Below, one piece after another: positions 53,159-64,000 of a stretch of 64,000 bases of DNA. Each line of letters begins with the position of its first letter. The stretch's first letter is position 1. The notes under the pieces were generated by a model. It was not told where the DNA came from, did no database searches, and saw nothing but the letters and a program-made list of their open reading frames with translations. The stretch covers positions 24,428,001-24,492,000 of the forward strand of contig CM060731.1 in assembly GCA_030704615.1 (NCBI GenBank), in the 5' to 3' direction. The position numbers and the translations under genes were made by a program. The DNA is from Takakia lepidozioides (Eukaryota; Plantae; Bryophyta).

Positions 53159-53878
53159 TGAAATGCGGCGCCGCATTTCCATGTCGGGATCGAAATGCGG
53201 TGCCGCATTTCCATGTCGGACAAGAAAATGCGGTGCATCATTTCCGTCCAGGTACACGAAATACCAACACGGGTCTATAAATTGGTCAGAAAACGAGGTT
53301 GGCATTGCAAATGCGGCGACGCATTTCCAGCTTGGCAATGGAAACTTCTTTTTGGACAAGGGAATGCGGTGCCGCATTTCCGTACAACACTTCGAAAAGT
53401 GTGACATTTCCGACCAGCGCGATGGAATGCGTTACCGCATTTCCGAGAGAGGGTCTGCAAATGGACAAATTGCGATGTCCGTTCTGGAAATGCGGCGCCG
53501 CATTTCCATGTCCGTCATCGACTTTTTTTAACAATGGAATGCGGTGCCAATTTTTGCTGATGGGCCTGCAGTTCGAACAACGACCATCCCCAATACTGAA
53601 ATGCGGCACCGCATTTTCAATCCCGCCATCTCGACCTCCTTGTTCGACCTCTGTAAGCGTGGTGGCATCCATGCAATGAGCGGGAGAGGCCAAAACTGGC
53701 GTGTGGACAAAGGAAATTTTGGAAATGCGGCACCGCATTTCCAATTCAGATTACTTTTTACTATGCCAACATTGAAATGGAAAATTTAGTCCCTCCCCTG
53801 TTTTGGAAATGCGGTGCCGCATTTCCAAAAGAGGTTCTTAGAGTTGCCAAAATTTTGGAAATGCGGTGCCCCATTTCT
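53159..53878. repeat. Cluster of twelve GGAAATGCGG-NN-CCGCATTTCC palindromes
   Basis: Copies start at 53159, 53191, 53224, 53307, 53360, 53423, 53486, 53535, 53597, 53721, 53805 and 53857. Confidence 0.9.
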
Positions 53879-54014
53879 GATTTTGGGAGCGTCGTGGTTT
53901 GGGCGATTGTGTGGCTGGAATGCACACTGGAGAGGGGTCACGAATGTCGGGTAGAATTTCCTTTATATACTCTGGAAGAGAATTTACATTTACAGAGACT
54001 TCATTAAAATTCTA

Positions 54015-57000
54015 TTAATCTTGAAAATCATCCGAATCCTCATCCTGTTCTAGACTGTCCTGCTCCTCCTCCACCCCCTCAGTGCCTCTCTCATCTCCAG
54101 CGGACTGCTCGTTGGCCAGGCTTTCGAAAATCCCATCTTCCCCTTGCGGAACTGTCCATCTCACCTCCGTTGGGTCGTCTTCCTCCCTGTCTGCGTCGCT
54201 CTCATCCGCTGAATCACATATGTACTTTCGTACCCGTCTACCTGTCTGAGCTGCTGCCAACTCTTTCCTTATCCTTCTGTCCTCCCTAGCCCTCTCCAAA
54301 ATCTGCTCTACTTTACTGGGATTCTCACTTCTTCTAATCGCTGTATTTGCGAGTTTAGCTGCATAACTAGGAAGGGAGTAGTCCCTCACCGGGCTCGTCA
54401 TGAAGTCGGCCCTCGCAAAGAACGGGACATTCTTCCTGGCAGGAAGTGTAGGCCCTACATGTTTCGACCCGGACCCTGCAATCCTGCACATGACAATCAT
54501 CAACGAGACTAATGAGAACCACAGTCGGGAAATTCGTTTGACATAAATGACCCAGAAGGCTTTGCAAACTTACAATGTTTGCACTCACTCGTATTCCGGG
54601 TTCTCCTCCGCATCAATGTCCACTGTGTCTTCCTCGGACTCCGACGAATCCGAGGAGACTTCCGCTCTGTCGGGAGCCTTCACATTCCGTTGCAGCCCCT
54701 CCAGATGGGATCCCCACACGGATGAATCCTCCTCGTAGGCAAAGAGGTGCCGGTCGGAAAACCGCCCAGCCCACATTGAGGCACCTGTTACAATGCCATC
54801 CACACATTACCACATGGCGCTTCAGATGTTGCGAACTACATCCTAACGAGAATTTGCAGAACAGCAGAGATCAAGATTCTGCATACCTGTCCCACAGATG
54901 AGGTCGAGCACTGTGCCCTCCACGTCTGTGCATGTCTCCATAATTGTCTGAATGAAGGCAGGGCTCCGAGTCCGTGAGTACCGCAGGGGTTCCGTTGAAG
55001 TGAGGCTATGAGGGAGAAGTTCCTTGGGAACGTTGTTGAACAGAACGTCGTAATCGAGTGGGTCGCAGTTCGGGTCAACCTTTCCTCCCTCCTTCCGGAA
55101 AGCAAAGGTGGAGTTCTCCTTCACAAAGCAGTATGCATCGAACTGCTTCGTCTGCATACACAGGGGGAAAACGATTAGAAACCGAATGCGGCACCGCATT
55201 TGAAAACACCCAAGCAAATGAATGGACGAGTGCCAGTGTCGTAATCACCTTCTTCCCTTCCGACCGAAGGCCCAGTGTGTTGATGCACGTCCACTTCTTT
55301 TTCAGAATCGGGACGGCGCTCTTGCGGGTCCACTTCGCAATTCCTGTCTGAGTGTTTTTTCCTCTGCTCGCCAGGACAACCACACAGCCTCTGTCGTCCA
55401 ACACCATGCGGGAAAGCCCGAATCCTTTCTTCCAAAAGTCCTCCGAGTACCTGTTCCAAGATGGCAAAGCTTGCAGTCCTTCCACAGGCTCTCCGTCCGG
55501 AATATCCAAGATGATCATATCGCAAGACCACTCGGTGGCATTTCCGCCCCTCCTACAATCCTTGTCTGCACACACCCTCTCAAAGAACGAGACCATATTC
55601 TGAAATCCTGGGGTGTCGGAAGGCTCTTGGCAGTCGCCTTCTTCAGTGCTCTGCCCTTCAGACCCTCCATGGTCTTCATGTATGCCAACTTGGCTGCCCG
55701 TCCATCCAAAGCCGCCAAGAAACTCTCATTTACACACTGGACTACTGTTTCGGGAGCCACTTTCGGCCTCTTCATTTCCACCGGCTCGAAAGGGTGCCCC
55801 CCTGGGGGGTTGAAGAGTGCCTTCTTTGCCGAGCCAGTTCTCGTGCCTCTCGTGACAACGGTGGGCACAGGGGAGGCAGCCTGCGTTTGGGGGGGTGGGC
55901 TGGTTGCAAAGTCTCCATCGGAGTCCTCTTCCTCACCCTCTTCCTGAACAGGCTGTTTCTGCTTCTTCGTTTTGGCGGGTGTCACAACAGCTGCTCCTTG
56001 CTGGCGAGTCCTCTTCTTCGACCCCTTCTGTTGGGCCTGCACAGCTGCATCCACCGTCTTTTGTGCCATCTCAGCTGCCTTTCTGGATTCTTCCAGAGCA
56101 GCAGATTCCTTTGCCGACTTTGGCCCAGCAGGGACACGTCTTTCCTTTCTCTTCTCTTCTGCCAAGGCGTGCAGATCTTTCTCAGACTCGTCAACAATAC
56201 CGCCAGACATGTCCAGGTACCACGGGCATCCAACGAGATGCGCGGGATGCCATTGTTTCTGCATCTCGGGTGTGTAGACACAGCTTGGGCCCGCCACGGT
56301 CCAAGCCATGAAGAACGGGGGCTCTTGAGCGAGGGCCCCTGTCTGAAGGAGCACGTATTTCATATACCTGCAAGGCAGTCAGCATGCGTGAGCAAAAGTT
56401 GAGACCAACCTACTGGCAGAGTGCCACCGAAAACATAAAATGCGAATGCGGTGCCGCATTTCCGAGACAAACCGAAAAACCAGGCTTCGCATACAAGGGC
56501 AGCTGTGCTTCACCTGTAAACAATTCGCATTGCAGCTTTCCCCGCTCCCTCCTGATGTGTAAACTCCACGCTCCTTCTTGCTGTCTGTAGCTCTCTGGCG
56601 AAAAGGTTGTCCTTGTACGCACATCTGAAACGTGTCACGTAGTCTTCCAATGTCTGTGTTCCATCCCATTTGACGTACAAGCCGAACGAATTTGTGTGCA
56701 TTACGACTTGCTCCTTCGCATTCGACATTACCTGCGATTCCCAAATCCATTGTCACGTAGCAGTTCAGGGAATTCATGTCAGAAAAGCAAATCTGGGGAA
56801 GTACCTTGAATTACCTGGAACCACCAAGTCATACGGTTGAGCCACACATCCACTGCAGGGTCGGAAACTTCGAGTGGAAAAGACCACATTGTCCTTATGC
56901 TCTCGGATGCATTCCAGATCGACAGCCACCGTGTCTGCCATTTCCGATCCAATGTCAGGAGCTGGAAGAGAGTGGCTATTGTTAGGAAGGAACTTCAGTG

Positions 57001-59135
57001 CATTGAAACCTCACCTTCTCTTTCGCCTCCACACATGCCGTTGAGAGGTGATGCAGTTTCTCCAATTGCATGGTCGGCTGCATGGCCCGAGAATAGTGTT
57101 TTGCAATCTCGGGGATGAAGTCCTTTCCAAGTGCCGGATCTGCAATTGCCACCAGCTTCACAAGCTTTGACTTGTATTTGGTTCTGGACTTGACACCGGC
57201 TTCCTTCAAGTGCTCAGTCAATGACTGCAACGTTTTGACCTGCCCCTCACTTTCCATGAAGAAGCGTTTGGCATGGGCCAAATCCAGCTTGATGTTTGAC
57301 TGCCAACAAAAACATGCAGAAGCGTTACATTCGATTCATGTGGAAACATTACTGAAAATGGGGGAAGGATGAGCAGAGGGAAATTGGAGCACGACTTACT
57401 TCGTATATCACCTCCACCATTCCATCCATAGTGAGACGATACCATGTCCGGTCTGTTTTTGCAACGGCTTTCTGAATGAGCTCCGGCTCCAGCATTTCCG
57501 CAAACATCTGCGGATCAGTGAGACCAGTTTTCCTCACCCTGTACAGCATATGTGCCATGTGGGTATGCACGTACGCATTCTCAGTGACCCTACAAGGCAC
57601 ACTCTCCAGTTCAGTACACGGAAGCACGGAATCAAACCAGAATGGAAACCGAAATGCGGCACCGCATTTCGAACGTGCTAGGGAGGGTATGAGTATCTTA
57701 CGAGTTGAGGTCCGCCATGGCATTCTTGAGCAGGGAGGAGTCTGCCGCCTTCACCTTCAGGATGACACACTCCACCATGTAATGCCAGCCAATGTGCTTG
57801 GCATGGTTCTGCTTGATGTACTCCCACCAGGCGAGAAGTCGGTGATTCCCGTCCCACACAAAGAACATTTTACCCGACATATGGCCGAAGTCGGGATCAC
57901 CCTTCAGCGTCGCCTCGAATTCGTGGTTGCGAGTGTGCCAGTGGGTATCCCACGTTGACAATTCATCGGCAGTGGGTCCACGGGTTTCGCCGTCCTCATT
58001 CTCAATGGAAACGTAAAACGCTGCCGATCCCAGACGGTACCCTTCTCGAAATGCGAACTTGAGCTTATCCACATCTCCGGGAAGGGCCTGCCTGACGATG
58101 GGAAGGGAGATGATGCGACAGAGTGGGATTCAAAGAGTCCGCTGGAATACCCTGCTGCCCAGAACTCTGCCAATGCTACTGTGTGTCTCCTCCAACATTT
58201 TATCCGCTGCACTTTTGAAATCCTCCAAAGACATGTCTGTAGGTGCCGGTAGTGGCTGAGCAGCTGGAGCAGCCTCAACTGGAGCTGCACTCTGGGGCCT
58301 GTCTGCGGGCAATTCTGCCATTGCAGAGGCCTCCTCCGGGCCTGCTTGCTCATCGGTGGTGAGGTCTTGCTGCGAACGTTGAGCGGCAGCACCCTCCTCC
58401 GGTACCAAATCGAGATCAACGGTCGATCCCATTGCCTTCGCTGCAGCAGAGTCGGCCCCAACATCTGCAGGCGGGAAATCCTCCAGGAACTAAGCTTCAG
58501 CTCGTGGAAGCGGTTTTGCGGGAGATTGTTCGCCCGTCGCCCTCATTGCCTTCTGCTTCCTCATCCTTGCAGGTGAAGGTGTCTGCTGCAATTGAATCTG
58601 TCTTCTACCCTGCTGCTTCATTCGCGTTGAGGGGGGTGAATCGGCCTGAGCCGGTTCAGAAGCCAGTAGAGGGACGGGCTTCTTCTTCGACTTTGCTGGA
58701 GAATGGCCCGACCCCTGCTGGCGATTCTCCATGATTGAAGAACGCGAGTCGATCTCTGGGACTTTGAACTTGCCCTTCGAAGAGGCGTCTTTGAATCGCA
58801 GAGGGCTAGGCCCGGCAGGAATACCCGCGCTCGGGGATCGGGTGGGTGTACGTGCTGCAGCTAGCTCCTCGGACTCTTCCTGCGGCTCTTCGGACTCCTG
58901 CGATCCCTCCAGCACGTCCACCTTTCCTGTTAGGCATGCAAACATGTTCTGCATTCAAGTCTCCTAGCATTCAGTCTAAGAATTACAGAAGCAAAATGGG
59001 GGGTTCGGTGCTCGATCAGCTGCGCGCAGCCCGATCGCATGGAGCTCTCACTGGTGGCTGGGTTGCCTGAGTGGCCTGCTGCTCGGAGATGGCAATCTCC
59101 TCCTGTAGACGCATCTGCTTCCTCCCCTTCGGCAT
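54015..59135 (-). pseudogene. Multi-exon gene: ParB-like domain fused to a beta-class N6A/N4C DNA-methyltransferase fold (element B); a few stops/frameshifts
   Basis: IPLCRII...GYRLGSAAFYVS...FFVWDGNHRLLAW (57701-58130). DMIILDIPDG...VLDDRGCVVV (~55350-55525). RSPAFIQTIMETCTDVEGTVLDLICGTG splices (54887/54784, phase 1) to ASMWAGRFSDRHLFAYEED. Acidic tail ends at stop 54015. Confidence 0.82.
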
Positions 59136-59571
59136 TGGCCTACGTCCGAAGTATAATTTCCGGAGCTTGCGGCGAGGTCTCCTGTCTGGTGCACGAACTC
59201 CCCCCCTCTCAGGTTCGAGCATAAGAAGAACAGAGAGAGGGAAAAGGGGCAAAGAGTGCAGATGGAAAGGGCGCGAGAGGGGTGACTGAGGAGACACGAC
59301 AAAAGTAGATGAAACGGCGGTGATGCACCACTTGGGTTCGAAAGGGTTGGACGAAAGTGTCTCCTCGTGGAGTTTGCGTCATTACGAAATTCGAATCGTT
59401 CAGGGTACGCCTGCCGTCCGAAAAACAAACATCATTATCCAACGGTCAGGCCGCGCCGCCTCATGCCCCTTCAGTCAGATAGAGTGCCGACATGTGCAGC
59501 AATTCCGTTGCTCCACGTGTTCACATTTCAAGGTATTTCCGTCCCAGCGTCTGATCAGTTGGAGCGAAAAT

Positions 59572-59922
59572 GCGAATGCGGCGCCGCATTTCCGTTAAGT
59601 ACCATCACGAAGCTACACATCCGTACTTGTTGGAGGAAAATGCGGCACCGCATTTCCGTTCCACCTTCACATACCTTAGTTGTTGAACGGAAATACGGTG
59701 CCGCATTTCCGTCCCACAGCTCCATGTATGAGATTCAAAAGGGAAATGCGGTGCCGCATTTCCGTTCTGTAATGTCGAAAGGTGCGATTGGGACGGGAAT
59801 GAGGCACAACATTTCAGTTCCCGTGGTTCATGATTTTCAATGTGAACGGAAATGCGGTACCGCATTTCCGTTCCCACTTCACATACGTTAGTTGATGAAT
59901 GGAAATGCCGTGCCACATTTCC
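59572..59922. repeat. Array of seven palindromes, 53-bp period after the first interval
   Basis: Copies start at 59572, 59636, 59689, 59742, 59795, 59848 and 59901; spacers resemble those of the element A array. Confidence 0.9.
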
Positions 59923-61012
59923 TCACCCATCCCTTCGCTATCCGAGGTGGGAACTCCAAGATAGAAGAGTTGGAAATCTCTAAGCACTCAGCCCGCTCAG
60001 AACAATCAGTCATGACCTACAACTAGTGTATCATGGGGGTGTTTCCTATTTGTATTCCTTCCCGTATTCATGTTAGCTAGTTACCTTACTGTTGGTATTT
60101 AAGTATCAGATTGCTTCAGCAATCTATCGGATTCCATCAACTCATCCATTCATTCCACAGCTTCACTCAGATCTCTCTACACAGTGTGAGTATGAAGTAT
60201 GTATCAGATTAATATCTATCAAGTATCAGGCTGAAGCCATGGAATCTCTAATCTGCTCTACATTACAACTCTACTGCTTACATTCATCAAGCATCAACAG
60301 ATCGTTCTCCTCCTACTCCATGCTCTCTCTCTTTTTACTCAAAGATGCGCTCTCCGCTTCATTTCCTAGCTCTGATGCTCCAGAAGTCTTTCTCCCCCCA
60401 GAAGTAGTCCCTCCAAATGATCCCCAGACCTCCCCGCTCTTCGCTTTTTCTACCTACAAGCTGTTCTAACCGCTTTCCTAACTAACCGTCATCCCTGTAG
60501 TACACGTTCTTTTTTCAGATGTCGTTCCCCCACCGTCGTTCCCTGCCAATGATAACTGTTCCCCAGCTGTGCCGAGCAATGATTGGCTGTATCAGGCTGT
60601 GGCGGGCCGTGACTGGCTGTGTAGGGCTGTGTAGGGCTGTGCGAAGCTGTGGCGGCTGTGTCGGGCTGTGACTGGCTGTGTCGGGCTGTGCGAATCTGTG
60701 GCGGCTGTGTCGGGCTTTGATTGGCTGTGTCGGGCTGTGTAGTCTGTGCGAAGCTGTGACGGCTGTGTCTGACTGTGTCGACTGTGTCGGACTGTGACGG
60801 GCTGTGTTGGCTGTGTTGGCTGTGACGGGTTGTGTTGGACTGTGACGGGCTGTGTATCTCCCCCCTAAAGCCTGTTGCTGTCACCCCTAAGGCTCATGTT
60901 GGTCTCAGTCTGTGTAAAAATTAAGGGTACCCCACAGTATCCGTAAAAGCGTCTAAGTCCCAGATCCCACAGAACCCATAAAAGTGCCTAAGTCCCAGAC
61001 AATCCTCTAACA
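59922..61012 (-). mobile_element. Second LTR of the same Gypsy family, missing ~16 bp at its left end
   Basis: Colinear with 44332-45382; ends ...CCTCTAACA. Confidence 0.85.
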
Positions 61013-62477
61013 GTGATGGCCGATGCTATAAGTAGAAAGCAGCAGCTCATGTTAATGTACAAGGGCGAGACGGCGCTCCAGAGGAAGATCCGGAAGGCTT
61101 ACCGGAAGGATGAGATGGCAAAGTCCGTGATGCGGGACTTGAGGATGGGGATTAAATCGCAGTTCCACTTGAAAAATGGACTACTCCGGTACAAGCAAAA
61201 GCGTCTCTACGTGCCAAAGGGAGGGATCAGAGATAGTCTCTTGAGAGAATGCCACGATGGCCCGCTTGCGGGCCACGACGGAGCCAAGCGCACCGCAACA
61301 CTTTTGAAAAAAAAGTATTTTTGGCCCAAACTAAGGGAGGAGGCCGAGGAGTATGTCAAGACATGCACCACATGCCAATAAAACCGGAGCGAGTACAAAA
61401 AGCAAGCGGGGCTGTTACAACCCTTGCCGATTCCAGAGGGGTCTTGGGAAAGTGTCTCGATGGACTTCATGACTGCTATGCCGCTGTCAAAAGGATTCGA
61501 TGCAATCATGGTGGTGGTGGATAAGTTCAGCAAAATGGGCCATTTCATCCCCACCAAGGAGACGGCAATGGCGCAGGAGACGGGGCGACTTTACTTCGCC
61601 CACGTCTTCAAGCACCATGGACTCCCGAAGGATATTGTCTCGGACCGTGATCCAAAGTTTACTAGTAAATTTTGGAGAGTACTTTGGAAGAAAATGGGGA
61701 CGAGGCTCAAAATGAGCACTGCCTTCCGACCTACGACGGACGGCCAAACGGAAAGGGTGAATTCCGTGGTGAAGCAGATCTTGCGGAATTACGTGTCGGC
61801 GGATCAATCGGACTGGGTGGAGCACTTGGATGCGGCAGAGTTCTGTTATGATAACACAAAACACTCCGCAACGGGAGTTTCCCCCTTCGTATTGGTCTAT
61901 GGAAAAACACCTTTGGTGCCGACAAGTTGGGCCACCCAGAACGTTGAGGAACCGGCAGCAGTGGCAGTGCTGGAAGAATGTGAGCGTTTGCTGAAGCTCG
62001 CAAAGTACAACATTGCCAAAGCTAGGAAACGGTATGAACAGCAGGCGAATCAGAAGCGGAGGGAGGTTAAGTTTGAGGTAGGCACGGAGGTCTGGTTGAA
62101 CATCAAGAATTTTCGACTACCTCCGGAAGTGAGTCCGAAGTTCGTACCTCCGTATGCGGGACCCGTTCGCATCCGGAAGGTTATGAATGAGGATGTGTAT
62201 GAATTGCAACTGCCGGCAAACAGCAAGGTACATCCGGTATCGGCATCAAGTGTTGCGTCCGCCACCTGTGCTGTTGGATCATAAAAATGAACTTGAGTAC
62301 GAGGTGGTGGCAGTGCTTAAGTCGAGGAGGTTCAAGAATCGAGAAACGGAGTATCTCGTGAAATGGAAGGGCTATCATCATGTGGAGGCATCTTGGGTGC
62401 GTGCCTCAGAAATGGGAAACGCATCTGAGGCGGTTGCAGCTTTCAAAAGGCGACCTCAAAAGCGGAAGAAGCGTTGA
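61013..62477 (+). pseudogene. Chromovirus (Ty3/Gypsy) integrase plus chromodomain, 5'-truncated
   Basis: H..H..CxxC zinc finger, WESVSMDF, IVSDRDPKFTSKFW, TDGQTERVN and the chromodomain EYEV...EYLVKWKGY...ASW. Stop at 61379-61381 and frameshift near 62240. PPT-like GGGGGAGGAA at 62501, probably followed by LTR sequence. Confidence 0.9.
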
Positions 62478-62723
62478 TGGGGACATCAACCTTGGATCGT
62501 GGGGGAGGAAATGCATGCTTAGCCCGGCTTAGCTAGCTCAGGAATCCGATTGCAAAAACTTGTATTGTACAAATTTTGTTATAAATGAAATGGTTTCCAA
62601 ATGTTGTGCGTCCTATTTTGTTTGGAATGGTGATGCATGGTATGGTTGGCTAGTGTGTAGAATGCATGCAAAGTGGGAGAGGTAAATTGGATTAATCGTG
62701 TGTTTGTGTAGTGCCAAAATCGG

Positions 62724-64000
62724 GGGGGATGCTAGAGTGTGAGCCCAGGAGCCTGGCGTGAGCCCAGGACACGTGGCATGATTTTGGGAAAGATGCGGCG
62801 TCTATTTCCGTGGAAGAGGACCCATTGCCGCAGAAACACGTCTTCATCCATATTTACCCTGCAACCCCAAACAGAAACACCAACCCTTGTCAGCCGTAGG
62901 GACCCACCTGAACCCCGACAGTGAACCTCGTCATCCCGCCCCTATGCATGATACTGCGCACTGACATCATCCATGGGACCATCCATGCATGCAACATTCA
63001 TCCACAGGTCACATCCAATCTGGCTTTATCCATCCAAAAACATTCATCCTCCATCCATCCAACCAAATATTGGTGTGATGGCATATGTCGAATGACTATC
63101 TACTGGACTATGCACATATTCATCTCTGTTGAAAAACTATTATTGAATGCACACGGTTGAATTGGAGAGCAATGTTTAGAAGGAAAACACTTTCAAATTC
63201 GCAGGTCGCGGGGGAGAGAATGTTTCAATGACAGGATGTGAATTTCATTGTAGTCCGTGCCCATTACAACGGATGGTGGGAAGAGAAATGGTGGTGCAAC
63301 GGAAAACGGAGAGTGTGTCCCCTCATGTTCCATAAATGAATGCCCTCAAGTACGTCCGTAGGTGGTGTCAACACTGCTAATGCTACCACCTGAATCTGCT
63401 GAACTGCTAGGAGTACTGCTACCACCTGAAACTGCGGCACTATCATCTATGAAGACCTTTGCGCGGAGGTGCCTGAGCGTCTTCCTGGAACTCCAACGCA
63501 AGGGTGGGGGAGAAAGCACAGCTACATGCACACGAGCAATGCCATCCGCGTAGTCGGGAAGGACATAAATAGGAGGTGGGCTCCAGCATAAGTCCCTCAA
63601 GTATATGGAAGACAGGGGCAACGGGATTGCGTTGACATTCCTGCAATCAGAAATGCACCATTTGGGTAATAATCAGACAACAGAAGGGGACGCGACAGAG
63701 GATATACACAGGGATGAAATAGACAAAAAATGAACTTACTCACATGAAAAGTCATTGTCCAGGTCCTTGTCGTCTCCGTCGAGGATATCAATTTGCGCAG
63801 TGACATCCTTCACACTGGAGGTAGACGAGCCCCCTTGCAACTCGGCGAGTAGGCTAGTGAAAATATCTGCATCTCCTTCCATACCAAACAAGTGCCTGCC
63901 ACCTGCCTTGCAAGCATGTTAAGAAGCGTCTGCAAGAGACAGAATGATGGAATTAGAGTTTTAGAATATTGAGTAAAGGACGTGCAGAAGAAAAGAAATC
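62724..64000 (+). mobile_element. Element D: left end of a further diverged member of the ParB-MTase Mutator-like group; continues beyond the window
   Basis: GGGGGATGCTAGAGTGTGAGCC resembles the A/B TIR GGGGGCTGCTATTTCATGAGCC and is followed by the 3' exons of an MTase gene on the minus strand. Confidence 0.6.
63346..63929 (-). pseudogene. Last two exons of a ParB-MTase homologue (element D)
   Basis: Exon 63929-63744 (phase 1) AS*HACKAGGRHLFGMEGDADIFTSLLAELQ aligns with B ASMWAGRFSDRHLFAYEEDSSVWGSHLEGLQ. Last exon SPPPIYVLPDYADGIA/FIDDSA aligns with B SPVRDYSLPSYAAKLA/YICDSA. Confidence 0.72.

Larger units (their letters stand above)
50766..59922 (+). mobile_element. Element B: left ~9.2 kb of the same Mutator-like family as A (twin genes, palindrome arrays, ParB-MTase gene); right part missing
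   Basis: Begins GGGGGCTGCTATTTCATGAGCCATGAGC. 50766-52595 is colinear with 36136-37974. Ends abruptly at a palindrome joined to LTR sequence. Confidence 0.9.

Noticed and set aside
53132-54007. ORFs with repeated MRCRIS / KCGAAF / GNAAPHF peptides (also 37919-38528 and 59367-59916)
   Set aside because: These are translations of the DNA palindrome in all six frames.
54015-59135. Bacterial contamination explaining ParB/MTase
   Set aside because: The gene has several GT-AG introns conserved between families and is embedded in plant transposons.
44316-61012. One intact LTR retrotransposon bounded by the two LTRs
   Set aside because: Flanks differ (GTATA versus GTGAT) and belong to different host elements. 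The LTRs differ by many substitutions and indels, and gag, RT and PBS are absent.

Overview
Eukaryotic land-plant DNA, most likely a bryophyte such as a moss (spliceosomal GT-AG introns, L-S-P type PLS-DYW PPR gene). Left half (1-28 kb): four host genes (frameshifted PPR-DYW editing factor, TPT-family sugar-phosphate translocator, Rubisco LSMT, intronless CbbY-like HAD protein), a satellite of Helitron-like 3' ends and small transposon relics. Right half (28-64 kb): a nest of two Ty3/Gypsy relics and four pieces (C, A, B, D) of what looks like an undescribed type of large Mutator-like element. The reconstructed ~14.3 kb A/B element has short imperfect TIRs with a 9-bp TSD, a WRKY/GCM-fold + DDE + SWIM transposase, a divergently transcribed intron-containing gene for a ParB-like domain fused to a beta-class amino (N6A/N4C) DNA-methyltransferase fold, a head-to-head pair of unknown paralogous ~200-aa genes, and arrays of a 22-bp palindrome (GGAAATGCGG-NN-CCGCATTTCC) spaced at near-integral helical turns (53 bp) and also present singly in introns. 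A diverged relative (C) has the same gene layout and a different palindrome of identical 10-2-10 geometry (TGAATGTCGT-NN-ACGACATTCA). This suggests a transposon-borne, family-specific ParB/parS-like protein-site system. All domain calls are by eye; no database searches were run.
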